From contig JAXGPF010000004.1 in the NCBI GenBank assembly GCA_040767085.1, positions 224,001-288,000 of the forward strand: a stretch of DNA of 64,000 bases, given 5' to 3'. The notes beneath the pieces are model-generated. The model saw only the letters and a program-made list of their open reading frames with translations. It did no database searches and was not told where the DNA came from. Positions within the stretch are counted from its first letter, which is position 1. Each line of letters opens with the position of its first letter. A program made the translations under genes and the position numbers. Origin of the DNA: Kiritimatiellia bacterium (lineage in GTDB: Bacteria; Verrucomicrobiota; Kiritimatiellia; JAAZAB01). Positions 20,048-29,401 of the stretch are shown one piece after another.

Positions 20048-20596
20048 ATGCAAATATTTATCCTGCTCTTGTCGGCCGGTCTGCTGTTGCTCGCCGCGGA
20101 AATCTTCCTGCCTGGCGGCATTTTAGGGATTTTGGGCGGCATGGCACTGCTGGGAGCGGTCGCCGCCGGCTTCGCGGCCTTCGGCCCGGCAATTGGCATG
20201 TATATCGCGCTGGCCATCATCATCGGCGGCAGCGCGGGAATATTCATGTGGATTAAATTCTTCCCTCGCACCCGCGTCGGCCGCGCCTTGACCTTGCAGC
20301 ATACCGAATCAGAGTACAAAGCGGCTGACACGGACTCCCGGCGGAATTTAACAGGGAAAACCGGCAAGGCGGTCACGGACTTGCGCCCGGCGGGTATTGC
20401 GCGGATTGACAGCCGCAATTACGACGTTGTCTCGGAAGGCATGCTGATTCAACGCGGCAGCGCCGTGCAAGTGGCAAAAGTTGACGGCGCCAGCATCGTG
20501 GTGCGCCAGGCCGGCAGCGATGGCACGGCTGCGTCATTCTCGGCGGCTCGCCCGGAGGTCTCGCCCTACCCACGACAAATGCTTATGAATCGGTAG
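20048..20596 (+). CDS. Short NfeD-family membrane protein
   Basis: AEIFLPGG TM region and TDLRPAG OB fold. The C-terminal ~23 aa come from the REP element. Confidence 0.85.
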   Translation: MQIFILLLSAGLLLLAAEIFLPGGILGILGGMALLGAVAAGFAAFGPAIGMYIALAIIIGGSAGIFMWIKFFPRTRVGRALTLQHTESEYKAADTDSRRNLTGKTGKAVTDLRPAGIARIDSRNYDVVSEGMLIQRGSAVQVAKVDGASIVVRQAGSDGTAASFSAARPEVSPYPRQMLMNR

Positions 20597-20642
20597 GGCG
20601 AGGTCTCCGTACCGAGCCGTCTGTTCTGAGAATGACGCAGCC
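20527..20642. repeat. REPIN-like inverted REP doublet (GTAG type)
   Basis: Outer 15-bp perfect IR GGCTGCGTCATTCTC / GAGAATGACGCAGCC; inner arms ...CTCGCCCTACC / GGTAGGGCGAG... around a 21-bp spacer. Confidence 0.75.
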
Positions 20643-20745
20643 CTGGGCAGCGATGCGCCCAACGCGGTTCCGCTTTGACATCGCGCGGGCAGTTATGCCA
20701 TAATTTAAACCAGTGTTGGAGTGTGTTCGGTAGTCAGTGTTCGGA

Positions 20746-20794
20746 CGTATAACCTTAAACCCGTAAACTGCAAAACTTACAAGACGTGAGTTTT
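20746..20794 (+). repeat. Dispersed ~55-bp intergenic element, copy 1
   Basis: CGTATAACCTTAAACCCGTAAACTGCAAAACTTACAAGACGTGAGTTTT aligns with the copies at 29343 and 57663. Confidence 0.7.
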
Positions 20795-20842
20795 CGTGTT
20801 CATTTTGCTTTAATACATGCAAACACCGAGGAGAATATATAT

Positions 20843-22513
20843 ATGCGGTTTTGTGCCCGTGTTACGATAAAAGCAGGATTACTGTTGACATTCGGCTTAG
20901 GATTTGGAAATTACACCGAGGGCGTGCCGCCAGAAACCGCGGCCGACTCCATCCAGGCAAAAATCGCCGCCCTGGAAACCGAAGACCTGACCGTCAACCG
21001 CCATGCCATGGCGGACCTGGTGAAGCTCGGTCCGCCGGCAGTCGAGTCGTTGATCCAGAGCCTGCGGAGCGACAAGCAATTGACCCGGCTTTCCGCCGCC
21101 GAAGCGCTGGGCGCGATCGGCGATCCCCGCGCCGTGGACCCGCTACTGGCGATGCTGCAGGGTGACGATTACGCCGGACGCTGGGCGGCGGCGGAGGCGC
21201 TGGGACGGATTCGCGATCCCCGCGCCGTGGACCCGCTGATCGAAAGCCTGCGCGGCGCCCAGGTCGATCTCCGGAGCGCCATCGTGACCGCCCTGAATCA
21301 AATCGGCGACCCGCGCGCCGTGCCGACCCTGGTGAAATTTCTCAAGGACGAAAACCCCGACACCCGTATCTCAGCCGCCCGGGTGGTTGGTCGGCTGGGC
21401 GGAGCGGAAGTCGCGCCGTCCTTGATTCCCAGCCTGAATGACCCCGCCCCCGAAGTGCGGATAAGCGCCGCCGAGGCGTTGGGCCGCCTGGGCGCGGCCG
21501 AGGCGTTAGAGCCCTTGATTGCCATGCTGGCCGACGACCAAATCGGCGTCAGGCTGGCGGCGGCCGCCGCCTTGGGCAAAATCGGCGACCCGCGCGCCAT
21601 GCCGCCCCTCGTGGACGCCCTGCAGCCGCATGACGCCGAGCAGCGTATGGTCGTGGCCGGCGCCATCGGACTTCTGCGCGACCCCGCGGGCACCCAACCC
21701 CTGATCGCCCTGCTGCGCGACGAACGCGAACCGGTGCAGGCGGCCGCCGTGGCCGCCCTGGAACAGATGGGCTCCGCCGCGGCCCCGGATTTGATCAACT
21801 GCCTGGGCGATTACTCCAGCCGCATCTGCGCCATCGCCGCCCGCCTGCTGGGCGGCGCCGGTTACCAGGAAGCCCGCGATCCTATAGTAGCCCTGCTGAA
21901 GCACACTGATGCCGGCGTGCGCCAGGCGGCGGCCGCCGCGTTGACCCGGCTGGGTTACACCCCGGAAACGCTGGAAGACCGGGTGACGTTTTATATTGCC
22001 GACCGGGATTGGCGCGCTCTGGCGGATGCCAGCCAGCCAGCCTTCGATCAATTGCTGACCAGCCTGGCCAGCGAAAACTCCGCCGAACGCATCCTGGCCC
22101 TCGATGCCCTCGAAGAGGTCTGGCGCAGCAACATCGCGCCCTTGCTGGAATCGTTGCGCAACACCAACGCCTCTATCCGGGTGTTCACGGCGGAAGCCCT
22201 GGGCAATATCGGCAACAAAGATGCCATCGAGCCTTTGACCGCCCTGCAAAACGACGAGAATGAATACGTGCGCAAATACGCCGCGCGCGCCCTGAATCAA
22301 CTGGGGCGTGAAGTTCCCATCCCCGAGCCGGCCCCCCTGCGTTTTGAAGGCCGCGCCCCCGCCGGTGAAACCGCGGATGAGGGCGCCGTCGCAGCCGCCT
22401 CCGGCGAATCGGCCACCGGCGAAGCCGCGGCCAGCGAAGGCGCCGCCGCATCTGATGTCGGGGGCGCCGCCACCAACAACATTCTCGGCGACATCCCCTT
22501 GTTGACGTTCTGA
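20843..22513 (+). CDS. Exported HEAT/PBS-lyase repeat protein
   Basis: Many R.AAAEALG.IGDPRAV.PL repeats, N-terminal hydrophobic segment, GAGGAG SD. Confidence 0.85.
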   Translation: MRFCARVTIKAGLLLTFGLGFGNYTEGVPPETAADSIQAKIAALETEDLTVNRHAMADLVKLGPPAVESLIQSLRSDKQLTRLSAAEALGAIGDPRAVDPLLAMLQGDDYAGRWAAAEALGRIRDPRAVDPLIESLRGAQVDLRSAIVTALNQIGDPRAVPTLVKFLKDENPDTRISAARVVGRLGGAEVAPSLIPSLNDPAPEVRISAAEALGRLGAAEALEPLIAMLADDQIGVRLAAAAALGKIGDPRAMPPLVDALQPHDAEQRMVVAGAIGLLRDPAGTQPLIALLRDEREPVQAAAVAALEQMGSAAAPDLINCLGDYSSRICAIAARLLGGAGYQEARDPIVALLKHTDAGVRQAAAAALTRLGYTPETLEDRVTFYIADRDWRALADASQPAFDQLLTSLASENSAERILALDALEEVWRSNIAPLLESLRNTNASIRVFTAEALGNIGNKDAIEPLTALQNDENEYVRKYAARALNQLGREVPIPEPAPLRFEGRAPAGETADEGAVAAASGESATGEAAASEGAAASDVGGAATNNILGDIPLLTF

Positions 22514-23709
22514 TGCAACGATTTCCCCTTTGCACGCCTTGGGCGCTGGCCGCCTGGATTTGGGCCGGCGCAGCCGCCGCGCCGGCAATTCACTTGCAAC
22601 GCACGGCCGGCGTATTCGCCGTGCCCGCGGAATCCAATTTACCGCCGGACACCGCGGTGATCGCGGAAAGCATGGATATCGCCGGAAATGCGGAAGACGA
22701 TGTTTTCCTGCTGGCCACCGGCGCCAGCGCGCTGCGCCAGCCGGCCGGCGCCGGGACCATCAACCTGCGGGGCGAATGCCGAAATGACGTCTGGGCATGG
22801 GGCCGCCGGATCAACCTGACGGGTGTCATCCATGACCATGCCCGCCTGGGCGGTTTCAGCGTAGCCCTGCACGGGCAGGTGCGGGGTAACGCCCTCCTGG
22901 CGGCCAATAATATTCACCTGGCGCCGCCGGCAATCCTGGCGGGCAATGCGCAACTTTTCGGCGAAAACGTGATCTGTGAAGGCGCGGTTACCGGACGCCT
23001 GACGATTGTCGGCGGCAAGGTCACCCTGGCGGGGCATTGTGGCGGCGATGTGGCGGTCAAGGCGCAGGACTTGGTGATTCTACCGGGAGCAAACATCGGC
23101 GGCAACCTGGACTATTGGACCCCGCGCGCCGTCACCCTGCCGGCAGAGGCCGCCGTCAAGGGAAAATTCCGCCGGCACAAGCCCCCTGCCGCCAAGCCCG
23201 GCGGCAAGCTCATGGCCTTCCTGCCCCTGGCGATCTGGGGGTATCTCAGCGCCTTATGCGCGGGAACATTATTTGTTTTATGCTGCCCGGCGACGGCCGC
23301 CGGCGCCGGACTGGCCGCCCGCCATATGCCCGGACGCAGCGCCCTGACGGGCATGATCTGGATGGCGGGCGCGCCGCCCATGGTGTTGTTGCTGGCCCTG
23401 AGCATTATCGGTCTGCCGACCGGACTGCTGCTGGCGGCCTTCACCGCCATGCTGATCTACCTGGGGAAAACCGTCATAGCCCTGGCCTTGGGACTGCTGT
23501 TGCTGCGGCCGGCAATCCCCATCAACCGCCGCATGCTGATTGGACGGATGGCTTTGGGCCTGGCCGTGCTTCAAGCCGCCGCCTTCCCCGTCTCCGCCAT
23601 GCCCATCTGGCTGCTGGCCGCCTTGCTGGGCGCCGGCGCGCTTTTACGGGCGATCTTCGGCGGAGCGCGGCCAGCGCCGGGCGGCGAAGTTCAACCGCCG
23701 GCATTATGA
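22513..23709 (+). CDS. Bactofilin-like beta-helix + multi-TM membrane protein
   Basis: Signal peptide, G-x-V/I beta-helix repeats, C-terminal TM bundle (LSIIGLP). TGATG coupling to the HEAT gene. Confidence 0.65.
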   Translation: MQRFPLCTPWALAAWIWAGAAAAPAIHLQRTAGVFAVPAESNLPPDTAVIAESMDIAGNAEDDVFLLATGASALRQPAGAGTINLRGECRNDVWAWGRRINLTGVIHDHARLGGFSVALHGQVRGNALLAANNIHLAPPAILAGNAQLFGENVICEGAVTGRLTIVGGKVTLAGHCGGDVAVKAQDLVILPGANIGGNLDYWTPRAVTLPAEAAVKGKFRRHKPPAAKPGGKLMAFLPLAIWGYLSALCAGTLFVLCCPATAAGAGLAARHMPGRSALTGMIWMAGAPPMVLLLALSIIGLPTGLLLAAFTAMLIYLGKTVIALALGLLLLRPAIPINRRMLIGRMALGLAVLQAAAFPVSAMPIWLLAALLGAGALLRAIFGGARPAPGGEVQPPAL

Positions 23710-25469
23710 TCCGCATCGCCGCCGGACACCAGCCAGACGCTCTGCAGCGGCTGCAATTCCCACCCGCCGCCGGTTCCCGACGGATGCCGGGAAATCAAGT
23801 CGCGGCAATTGCCGGGCTCCAAGCCGGCTTCGGCCAGCAAAGACGGAGCAAGGCGCACGGGTACGCCGCCGAGATTGCTGGCGGCCAGCAGCGGCGCGCC
23901 GCCGCCAGGCGCTGTGCGCGCCAGGGCGAAGACCTGCGTCCCGGCCGATAATACCCGCTGGAAGCCGGCGGGATGAAAAGCCGCCTGGCGGCTGCGGATA
24001 CGGAGCAGCCGCAATAATGCATTAAAAACGCGGCTGGACGGCGCGCGATGATCGGCCAAGGCCGCATCAACCTCCGGCAGGTTGAACTTGCGGCGGTTGA
24101 TGGCGCGCGCCTGGCCGGTGGCGCGCACGCCTTCCAGATAGTTGCGGTCGGCCAGCAAGCTGTTGAAATAGACCGCCGGCACTCCCTGCAATCCCAGCAT
24201 GATCGTCTGGGAACAGATGAACCGCGCCATCTGCAGTTCGGCCTTCCCCACGGAACCGCCCGGCTCGGACAGCGCGTCAAAGTAAGTGATATTCAATTCG
24301 TAAGGCTCGTCCCGACCGTCCGCCGTCCGGCGGGTGGAAACTCCGCCGCCGCGCCGGCGCACAGCTTCCACCAGTTGGTCAATCTCCGCCGGCGGCAACA
24401 ACCCCTGCAATGGCCGCAGACCGATGCCGTCATGCGAGGCGGTGAAATTCAGGAAGGCGCACCCGGGCGGCGGCGGGGCCAGCGCGGCGGCCCAGGCGGA
24501 TAAATGGCGGGCATCGCCCGCCAGCATGGCATGCAGGAGCAGCGGCGGCAGGGCGAACTGGTAAACCATGTGCGCTTCATCGCCGGCGCCGAAGTAGCTG
24601 ATGTTTTCCGGATGCGGCACGTTGGTTTCGGTGAGCAGGCGCGCGTGGGGCGCGGCCAGCTCCAGCAGATCACGGAATAACTTGACCACCGTGTGGGTTT
24701 CCGGCAGGTGGATGCAGGAAGTGCCGGGCTTTTTCCAAAGGTAGGCTACCGCATCCAGGCGGACAACGGCCGCCCCCATGCTGATATAAAACAAAAGCAA
24801 ATCCAGGAACTCAAACAAGACATCCGGGTTGGCAAAATTCAAGTCAAGCTGGTCGGCGCTGAAAGTCGTCCAGAGATGTTTCTGGCCCTGGCGCGTGGTG
24901 ACAGGCGTCAGCAGGGGCGACGAACGCGGCCGGACCACTTGCGAGCAGTCGGCCGCGGGATCGACTTCGATAAAATACCGGCGGGCCGGCGCCACCCCGG
25001 CGGCATAATCCTGGAACCAGCCGCTCTGGCGCGAGACGTGATTCAACACCAGGTCGAACATCAACTGGAAATGTTCCGACAATCGCCGGATATCGTCCCA
25101 TCCGCCCAGCGCATGGTTGACCAGGCGGTAATGGATCACGGAGAAACCATCGTCCGAAGAATACGGGAAGAACGGCAGGAGATGGATGGTCCGGAAGGCG
25201 CGGGCCAGGCGGCGGTCGGCAAATTTCTTCAAGGTGCGTAAAGGCGGCTCGTCCGGCGCGCGCAATACATCGCCATAGGCGATCAGCACGGAGTCGCCCT
25301 GGTCGGGCGGGATGGCGGGTGGGCGCGCGGCTGCCAATCCGACGCCGTAACGGCCGGGCAGCATGGCAAACCGCTCCAGGCACGCCTCCGCGCGGCTGCC
25401 GTACAGCAGACGCAGACGCGTCAGCGCCGGTTGCAGCGCAGGACGGAAAAATTCAATATTATTCATCAT
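23691..25469 (-). CDS. GH13_18 sugar phosphorylase, likely glucosylglycerate phosphorylase
   Basis: HLLPFFPYSSDDGF, RLDAVAYLWK, TETN, ASHDGIG, PYELN. TETN and YE match glucosylglycerate phosphorylases rather than sucrose phosphorylases (EVH/YQ). Confidence 0.85.
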   Translation of the reverse strand: MMNNIEFFRPALQPALTRLRLLYGSRAEACLERFAMLPGRYGVGLAAARPPAIPPDQGDSVLIAYGDVLRAPDEPPLRTLKKFADRRLARAFRTIHLLPFFPYSSDDGFSVIHYRLVNHALGGWDDIRRLSEHFQLMFDLVLNHVSRQSGWFQDYAAGVAPARRYFIEVDPAADCSQVVRPRSSPLLTPVTTRQGQKHLWTTFSADQLDLNFANPDVLFEFLDLLLFYISMGAAVVRLDAVAYLWKKPGTSCIHLPETHTVVKLFRDLLELAAPHARLLTETNVPHPENISYFGAGDEAHMVYQFALPPLLLHAMLAGDARHLSAWAAALAPPPPGCAFLNFTASHDGIGLRPLQGLLPPAEIDQLVEAVRRRGGGVSTRRTADGRDEPYELNITYFDALSEPGGSVGKAELQMARFICSQTIMLGLQGVPAVYFNSLLADRNYLEGVRATGQARAINRRKFNLPEVDAALADHRAPSSRVFNALLRLLRIRSRQAAFHPAGFQRVLSAGTQVFALARTAPGGGAPLLAASNLGGVPVRLAPSLLAEAGLEPGNCRDLISRHPSGTGGGWELQPLQSVWLVSGGDADHNAGG

Positions 25470-25491
25470 GGCGGAGCGGCCGCCTTTCGTG

Positions 25492-26751
25492 TTAATCCAG
25501 CCCGCGCACATTAGTGATCAGGGTGCGCAGACAACGGCGCAAAACGTCATAACTGTAATGGCGCGCGGCCACGGCGTAATTATGCTCGGTGATAGCCTGG
25601 CGGTAAGCGGGATTTTCCAGCAGCCGGCGGACTTCCGCCGCCACCTCCTCGGTGAGGAATCCCTCCATGACCGGCAACTTGAAACCGCGCGGCTCGATAT
25701 CGCGGCCGAAGATGGCATAGCGGTTCACCAGCACGGGTTTTTTGTAATATATCGCCTCCAGCAGGGCATTGCCGAAACCTTCATAAATGCTGGGATAGGT
25801 CACCAGGTCAGCCTGGGGATAAATATCCCACAACGTGTACATTTTTTTGCCGACATCGTTCAACTGGCGGATTTCGCTGACGCGCGTGGCGAAAAACCGC
25901 AGGTCCACGCCAGCCTGACGCGCGTTTTCAGCCAGCATGTTGCGGTATTCGTATCCTTCATCGCCGGCTTCATGCGTCACCACCAGCTTGTAGCGCTGGT
26001 TCCCCAGCATTTTCAGCAGGGTGATGGCATGCTCGATCCCTTTGCGCGGCACAACCCGCGTCGGTTGCAGAATCAGCACATCGTCCGCCGCCAGCCCCAT
26101 TTCCGCGCGCAGATCGCAGGTGTAGGCATCCGCCGGCGCCGGGGGATGGGCGAAATCCAGCACATTAGGAATCAGGATGGATGAAACCGCCTTGCGCCGC
26201 GCCAATTCCTCGCGGGCCATCTCGTTGATCACCGCATGCTGCAAATTCGGATCGCGGGGTGGGAAACACATATCGAGATAATCCGGCACGGCATTCACGG
26301 AAAAGCGGCTGCGTTCCCAGTAGAAATCGTGATGATGGGCAATCGCCGGCAGCGTGGTCTCCGCCAGCAACTCCGTCAGGGCCAGCCCGAGCGGCAGGTG
26401 CATGGGAATGCTGACCGCGTTTTCCAGGACCAGCAGGTCAATGCCGAACCGGCGGATGAACTCGTGCAGGGTTTGTTTCAGGTAGGCGGCCAGGACATGA
26501 ATGCGTTCGGTCACCTGCGGCGGCCGGCTTTTGCGGCCCCAGATCTGGCCGTCGATCCAGGCGTTTTCCGGGTGCGAAAACAGCGCCTCCGAAACACACA
26601 GGCTGACTTCCGGCGGATGATCCAGCCGGCCGGCGTACCAGTAACAGCGATGGCCCGACTCCGCCAGGGTTTTCGCCCACTTCAGGGATTCCAGCGAAAC
26701 GCCGTCGGTGCCGGCAAACCGCGTTGAAATGAATCCGATGTTTTCAGCCAT
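25492..26751 (-). CDS. GT4 glycosyltransferase, likely mannosylglucosylglycerate synthase
   Basis: GFISTRFAGTDGVSLE, HHHDFYWER, PTRVVPRKG, EGFGNALLEA. MggS-like by recollection of the family and by context. Confidence 0.7.
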   Translation of the reverse strand: MAENIGFISTRFAGTDGVSLESLKWAKTLAESGHRCYWYAGRLDHPPEVSLCVSEALFSHPENAWIDGQIWGRKSRPPQVTERIHVLAAYLKQTLHEFIRRFGIDLLVLENAVSIPMHLPLGLALTELLAETTLPAIAHHHDFYWERSRFSVNAVPDYLDMCFPPRDPNLQHAVINEMAREELARRKAVSSILIPNVLDFAHPPAPADAYTCDLRAEMGLAADDVLILQPTRVVPRKGIEHAITLLKMLGNQRYKLVVTHEAGDEGYEYRNMLAENARQAGVDLRFFATRVSEIRQLNDVGKKMYTLWDIYPQADLVTYPSIYEGFGNALLEAIYYKKPVLVNRYAIFGRDIEPRGFKLPVMEGFLTEEVAAEVRRLLENPAYRQAITEHNYAVAARHYSYDVLRRCLRTLITNVRGLD

Positions 26752-26914
26752 GATGCGTCCATCCTGCCTGATCCCGCTACCCGGCGGGGGCGCCTTCTGC
26801 CGCCGCCTGGCCGGCGCCGGCCAGGGCAGGCTGTGATAGAATATTCATAAAATCACTGGACATAACCATAAGTTTTTTTATCATAACGCAAAACAAGCCA
26901 ATCCGCAAGGCCCT

Positions 26915-26931
26915 TTGGCAAATTTATTGCA
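26915..26931 (+). promoter_or_regulatory. Sigma54 (-24/-12) promoter
   Basis: TTGGCAAATTTATTGCA has exact GG-N10-GC spacing, ~130 bp upstream of the 27058 operon, preceded by an AT-rich tract. Confidence 0.6.
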
Positions 26932-27057
26932 TTATTCAGACGGGACGGCGCCGCGAAGCGGCACAATCAACGCTGTCAATCAACCGCCGGGCAATGCCCT
27001 CACGCCCGCACTGGCGTCTGATAACGCGCCATCGCGCGCCAACCGCAGGATGCCTGC

Positions 27058-28251
27058 ATGTCAACCAAACCCAAACCCGCTAATCTTGAAGGCATCCTGG
27101 CGCAAATGCCGCGGCTGCGCAAGGCGGCGTCGGACATGCAGGATATCCTGCTTGCCAACCTGGTCATGCTGAGTGAAATCAATGCGCCATCGGGCGCAGA
27201 GCAAGCCCGCCTGCAACTATGGCTGCAACGCCTGGGTGAAAGCGGAGTACAGAACTGCTCACTGGATGAATTGGGCAACGGGTGCGGCGTGCTGCCGGGG
27301 CGCTCCGGCAAGCGCACCATTCTGCTGGCCACCAATGCCGACACGCTGCCGGCCGATGCCGACGAACGCAGCATCGCGCTGAAATCAGACTGCGTCAGCG
27401 GCCCGTTTGTCGGCGATAATGGCCCGGCGCTGGCGGCGCTGCTTTCCCTGCCGGTTTACCTGGAACGGCTGGGATGGCAACTGCAATCCGACCTGGTTTT
27501 CCTGGGCGCAGCCCGTTCCCTGGGCCGGCATAACCTGGAAGGAGTGCGCTTCTTCCTCGACAACACCCGGCTCTCGGTGCACACCGGCATTTGGCTGGAG
27601 GGCGTGCAGCTTGGGCGGTTGAATTACATATGCCTGGGATTATTCCGGGGCGAGATCGTCTGCCGGGTGCCGGATGATTACAACTGGGTGCAGTTTGGCG
27701 CCACCGGTTCAATTCTGCCGATGAATGACATCATCACCCGTATCAGCCAGATTCCCCTCCCCCGCCGGCCGGCGGCCAGCATTGTGCTGGGATCAATCAA
27801 CGGCGGGGTGGATTACCAGAACATCGCCAAGCAAACCAGGCTGCGGTTCGAAGTCCGCAGCGAGTCGGGCGAATTGGCCGAAACCCTGCGGCGCCAGGTG
27901 CAGGATATCGTGGACGAAGCCGCGGCCCGGACGGGCATGTCCATCGTCCTGCGCGAAGTGGCTTTCCGCCGGCCGGGCGGGCTGGAAATTTCCCACCCGC
28001 TGGTCCGCAGTTCCCGGGCCATCATCGCGGCCTCGGGCATCCAGCCCATGATCTATCCCACCACCACCGCCCTGTCCGCTTTTGTGGATGCCCGGATTCC
28101 AGCCGTCACCCTGGGCTTGACTTCCGGCCAGCGTCAGAACGAACTTGGGGAAATGAGCGAATGGATCAGCATTCCCGACATGTTTGCCGGCATGGCGCAA
28201 CTGGCCGCAATGCTGGCGGCGATCGATGGAGATTTCAACCATGCCGGCTAA
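27058..28251 (+). CDS. M20/M28 peptidase-fold protein with degenerate metal ligands
   Basis: APSGAE, DELGN, GDN, IPAVTLG retained; ATNADT replaces AHxDT and ARSLG replaces GEEG. Confidence 0.65.
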   Translation: MSTKPKPANLEGILAQMPRLRKAASDMQDILLANLVMLSEINAPSGAEQARLQLWLQRLGESGVQNCSLDELGNGCGVLPGRSGKRTILLATNADTLPADADERSIALKSDCVSGPFVGDNGPALAALLSLPVYLERLGWQLQSDLVFLGAARSLGRHNLEGVRFFLDNTRLSVHTGIWLEGVQLGRLNYICLGLFRGEIVCRVPDDYNWVQFGATGSILPMNDIITRISQIPLPRRPAASIVLGSINGGVDYQNIAKQTRLRFEVRSESGELAETLRRQVQDIVDEAAARTGMSIVLREVAFRRPGGLEISHPLVRSSRAIIAASGIQPMIYPTTTALSAFVDARIPAVTLGLTSGQRQNELGEMSEWISIPDMFAGMAQLAAMLAAIDGDFNHAG

Positions 28252-29290
28252 AACCACTCCCCGCAAGGCAGTCTCCATCAAGAAGGCGGATGCCGCCGCC
28301 TTGGATGCCTGGGTCAAAACCCACACCTTCCATCACTCCCAATTCGCCGACCTCCGCCGGCTGGTGGAGCAGAAGCAACGTCAGGACCTGCGCATTTCAC
28401 TGTGCATCCCCACGCTCAACGAGGAAAAAACCATCGGCAAGGAAGTGGTGATTTTCAAATCCGAACTCATGAGCCGGTTCCCCCTGGTGGATGAAATCGC
28501 CGTCATCGATTCCGGTTCGTCCGATCGCACCTGCGAGGTGGCCGCGGCCTTCGGCGCCGACGTTTACAATGCCGCGGAAATTCTGCCGGAAACCGGCACA
28601 CGCCGGGGCAAGGGCGAAAACCTGTGGAAGGCCATTTACCAGTTGCGGGGCGATGTAATCGTATACGTGGATGCCGACATCAAAAACATTCACGCCCGCT
28701 TTGTTTACGGTTTGCTCGGGCCGCTGCTGGCCGATCCCGCCATCAAGTACGTCAAGGCCTTTTACGACCGACCCCTGGCCTTTTCCAAGGGCGTCCGGAT
28801 TTCCGGCGGCGGGCGGGTGACGGAAATCCTGATCCGGCCGCTTTTTTCCCTGTTTTTCCCGGAATTAACCGCCATCATCCAGCCGCTTTCCGGCGAATAC
28901 GCCGTGCGGCGCGAGGTCTTGGAAACCATACCGTTTCCCATCGGCTACGGGGTGGAAACTTCGCACCTCATGGATGTTTATGCCCGCTGGGGCCTGGCTG
29001 CCTTCGCCCAAACCGATCTTGATCAGCGGATTCACCGCAACCAGAGCACGCGGGATTTAGGTAAGATGGCGTTTGGCATTCTCCAGACTTTCTTGAAACG
29101 GGCGGCATCCATGGGCATCCTGTCTGAAATACCGGTCATGCACCGGCATTTGCGGCAATTCATGGCCCAGGACGATACCTTTGCCCAGGTCGAACAGCAG
29201 ATCGTCGAGGAGGAACGCCCGCCCATGCTGGAAATCCCGGCCTATCGCCGGAAATTCGAGAAGCAGCCGGACCCCGCCGCCAAGCTGTAA
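28241..29290 (+). CDS. gpgS: Glucosyl-3-phosphoglycerate synthase
   Basis: IPTLNEE, DSGSSD, GKGENLW, YVDAD, KAFYDRP, GGRVTE, QPLSGEYA, GYGVE. Confidence 0.9.
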   Translation: MPAKTTPRKAVSIKKADAAALDAWVKTHTFHHSQFADLRRLVEQKQRQDLRISLCIPTLNEEKTIGKEVVIFKSELMSRFPLVDEIAVIDSGSSDRTCEVAAAFGADVYNAAEILPETGTRRGKGENLWKAIYQLRGDVIVYVDADIKNIHARFVYGLLGPLLADPAIKYVKAFYDRPLAFSKGVRISGGGRVTEILIRPLFSLFFPELTAIIQPLSGEYAVRREVLETIPFPIGYGVETSHLMDVYARWGLAAFAQTDLDQRIHRNQSTRDLGKMAFGILQTFLKRAASMGILSEIPVMHRHLRQFMAQDDTFAQVEQQIVEEERPPMLEIPAYRRKFEKQPDPAAKL

Positions 29291-29342
29291 CTTTGGAAGC
29301 CGTGTTCAGCGACTAGTTTAGTGTTCGGCGTAATTTGTCCGG

Positions 29343-29396
29343 CGTAAAACCTTAAAACGGTAAACCTTAAAATTTCAAAACGTTTGTTTTGAAATT
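29343..29396 (+). repeat. Dispersed ~55-bp intergenic element, copy 2
   Basis: Ends in an 11-bp perfect stem AATTTCAAAAC-GTTT-GTTTTGAAATT, 5 nt before the ATG at 29402. Confidence 0.75.
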
Positions 29397-29401
29397 GGCT
29401 C

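Noticed and set aside
18646-20418. Long antisense ORFs (590 aa here; also 38503-40065, 34055-35575, 37089-38537, 17305-18564, 54901-56226)
   Set aside because: Shadow ORFs opposite well-supported genes, expected at high GC, with no recognisable motifs.
23691-25469. Sucrose phosphorylase annotation
   Set aside because: The acceptor-site motifs (TETN, YEL) and the gpgS context favour glucosylglycerate phosphorylase.
29315-29396. Integron attC sites for the three-copy element
   Set aside because: It lacks the RYYYAAC...GTTRRRY box order, the copies are far apart among ordinary genes, and no integrase is present.
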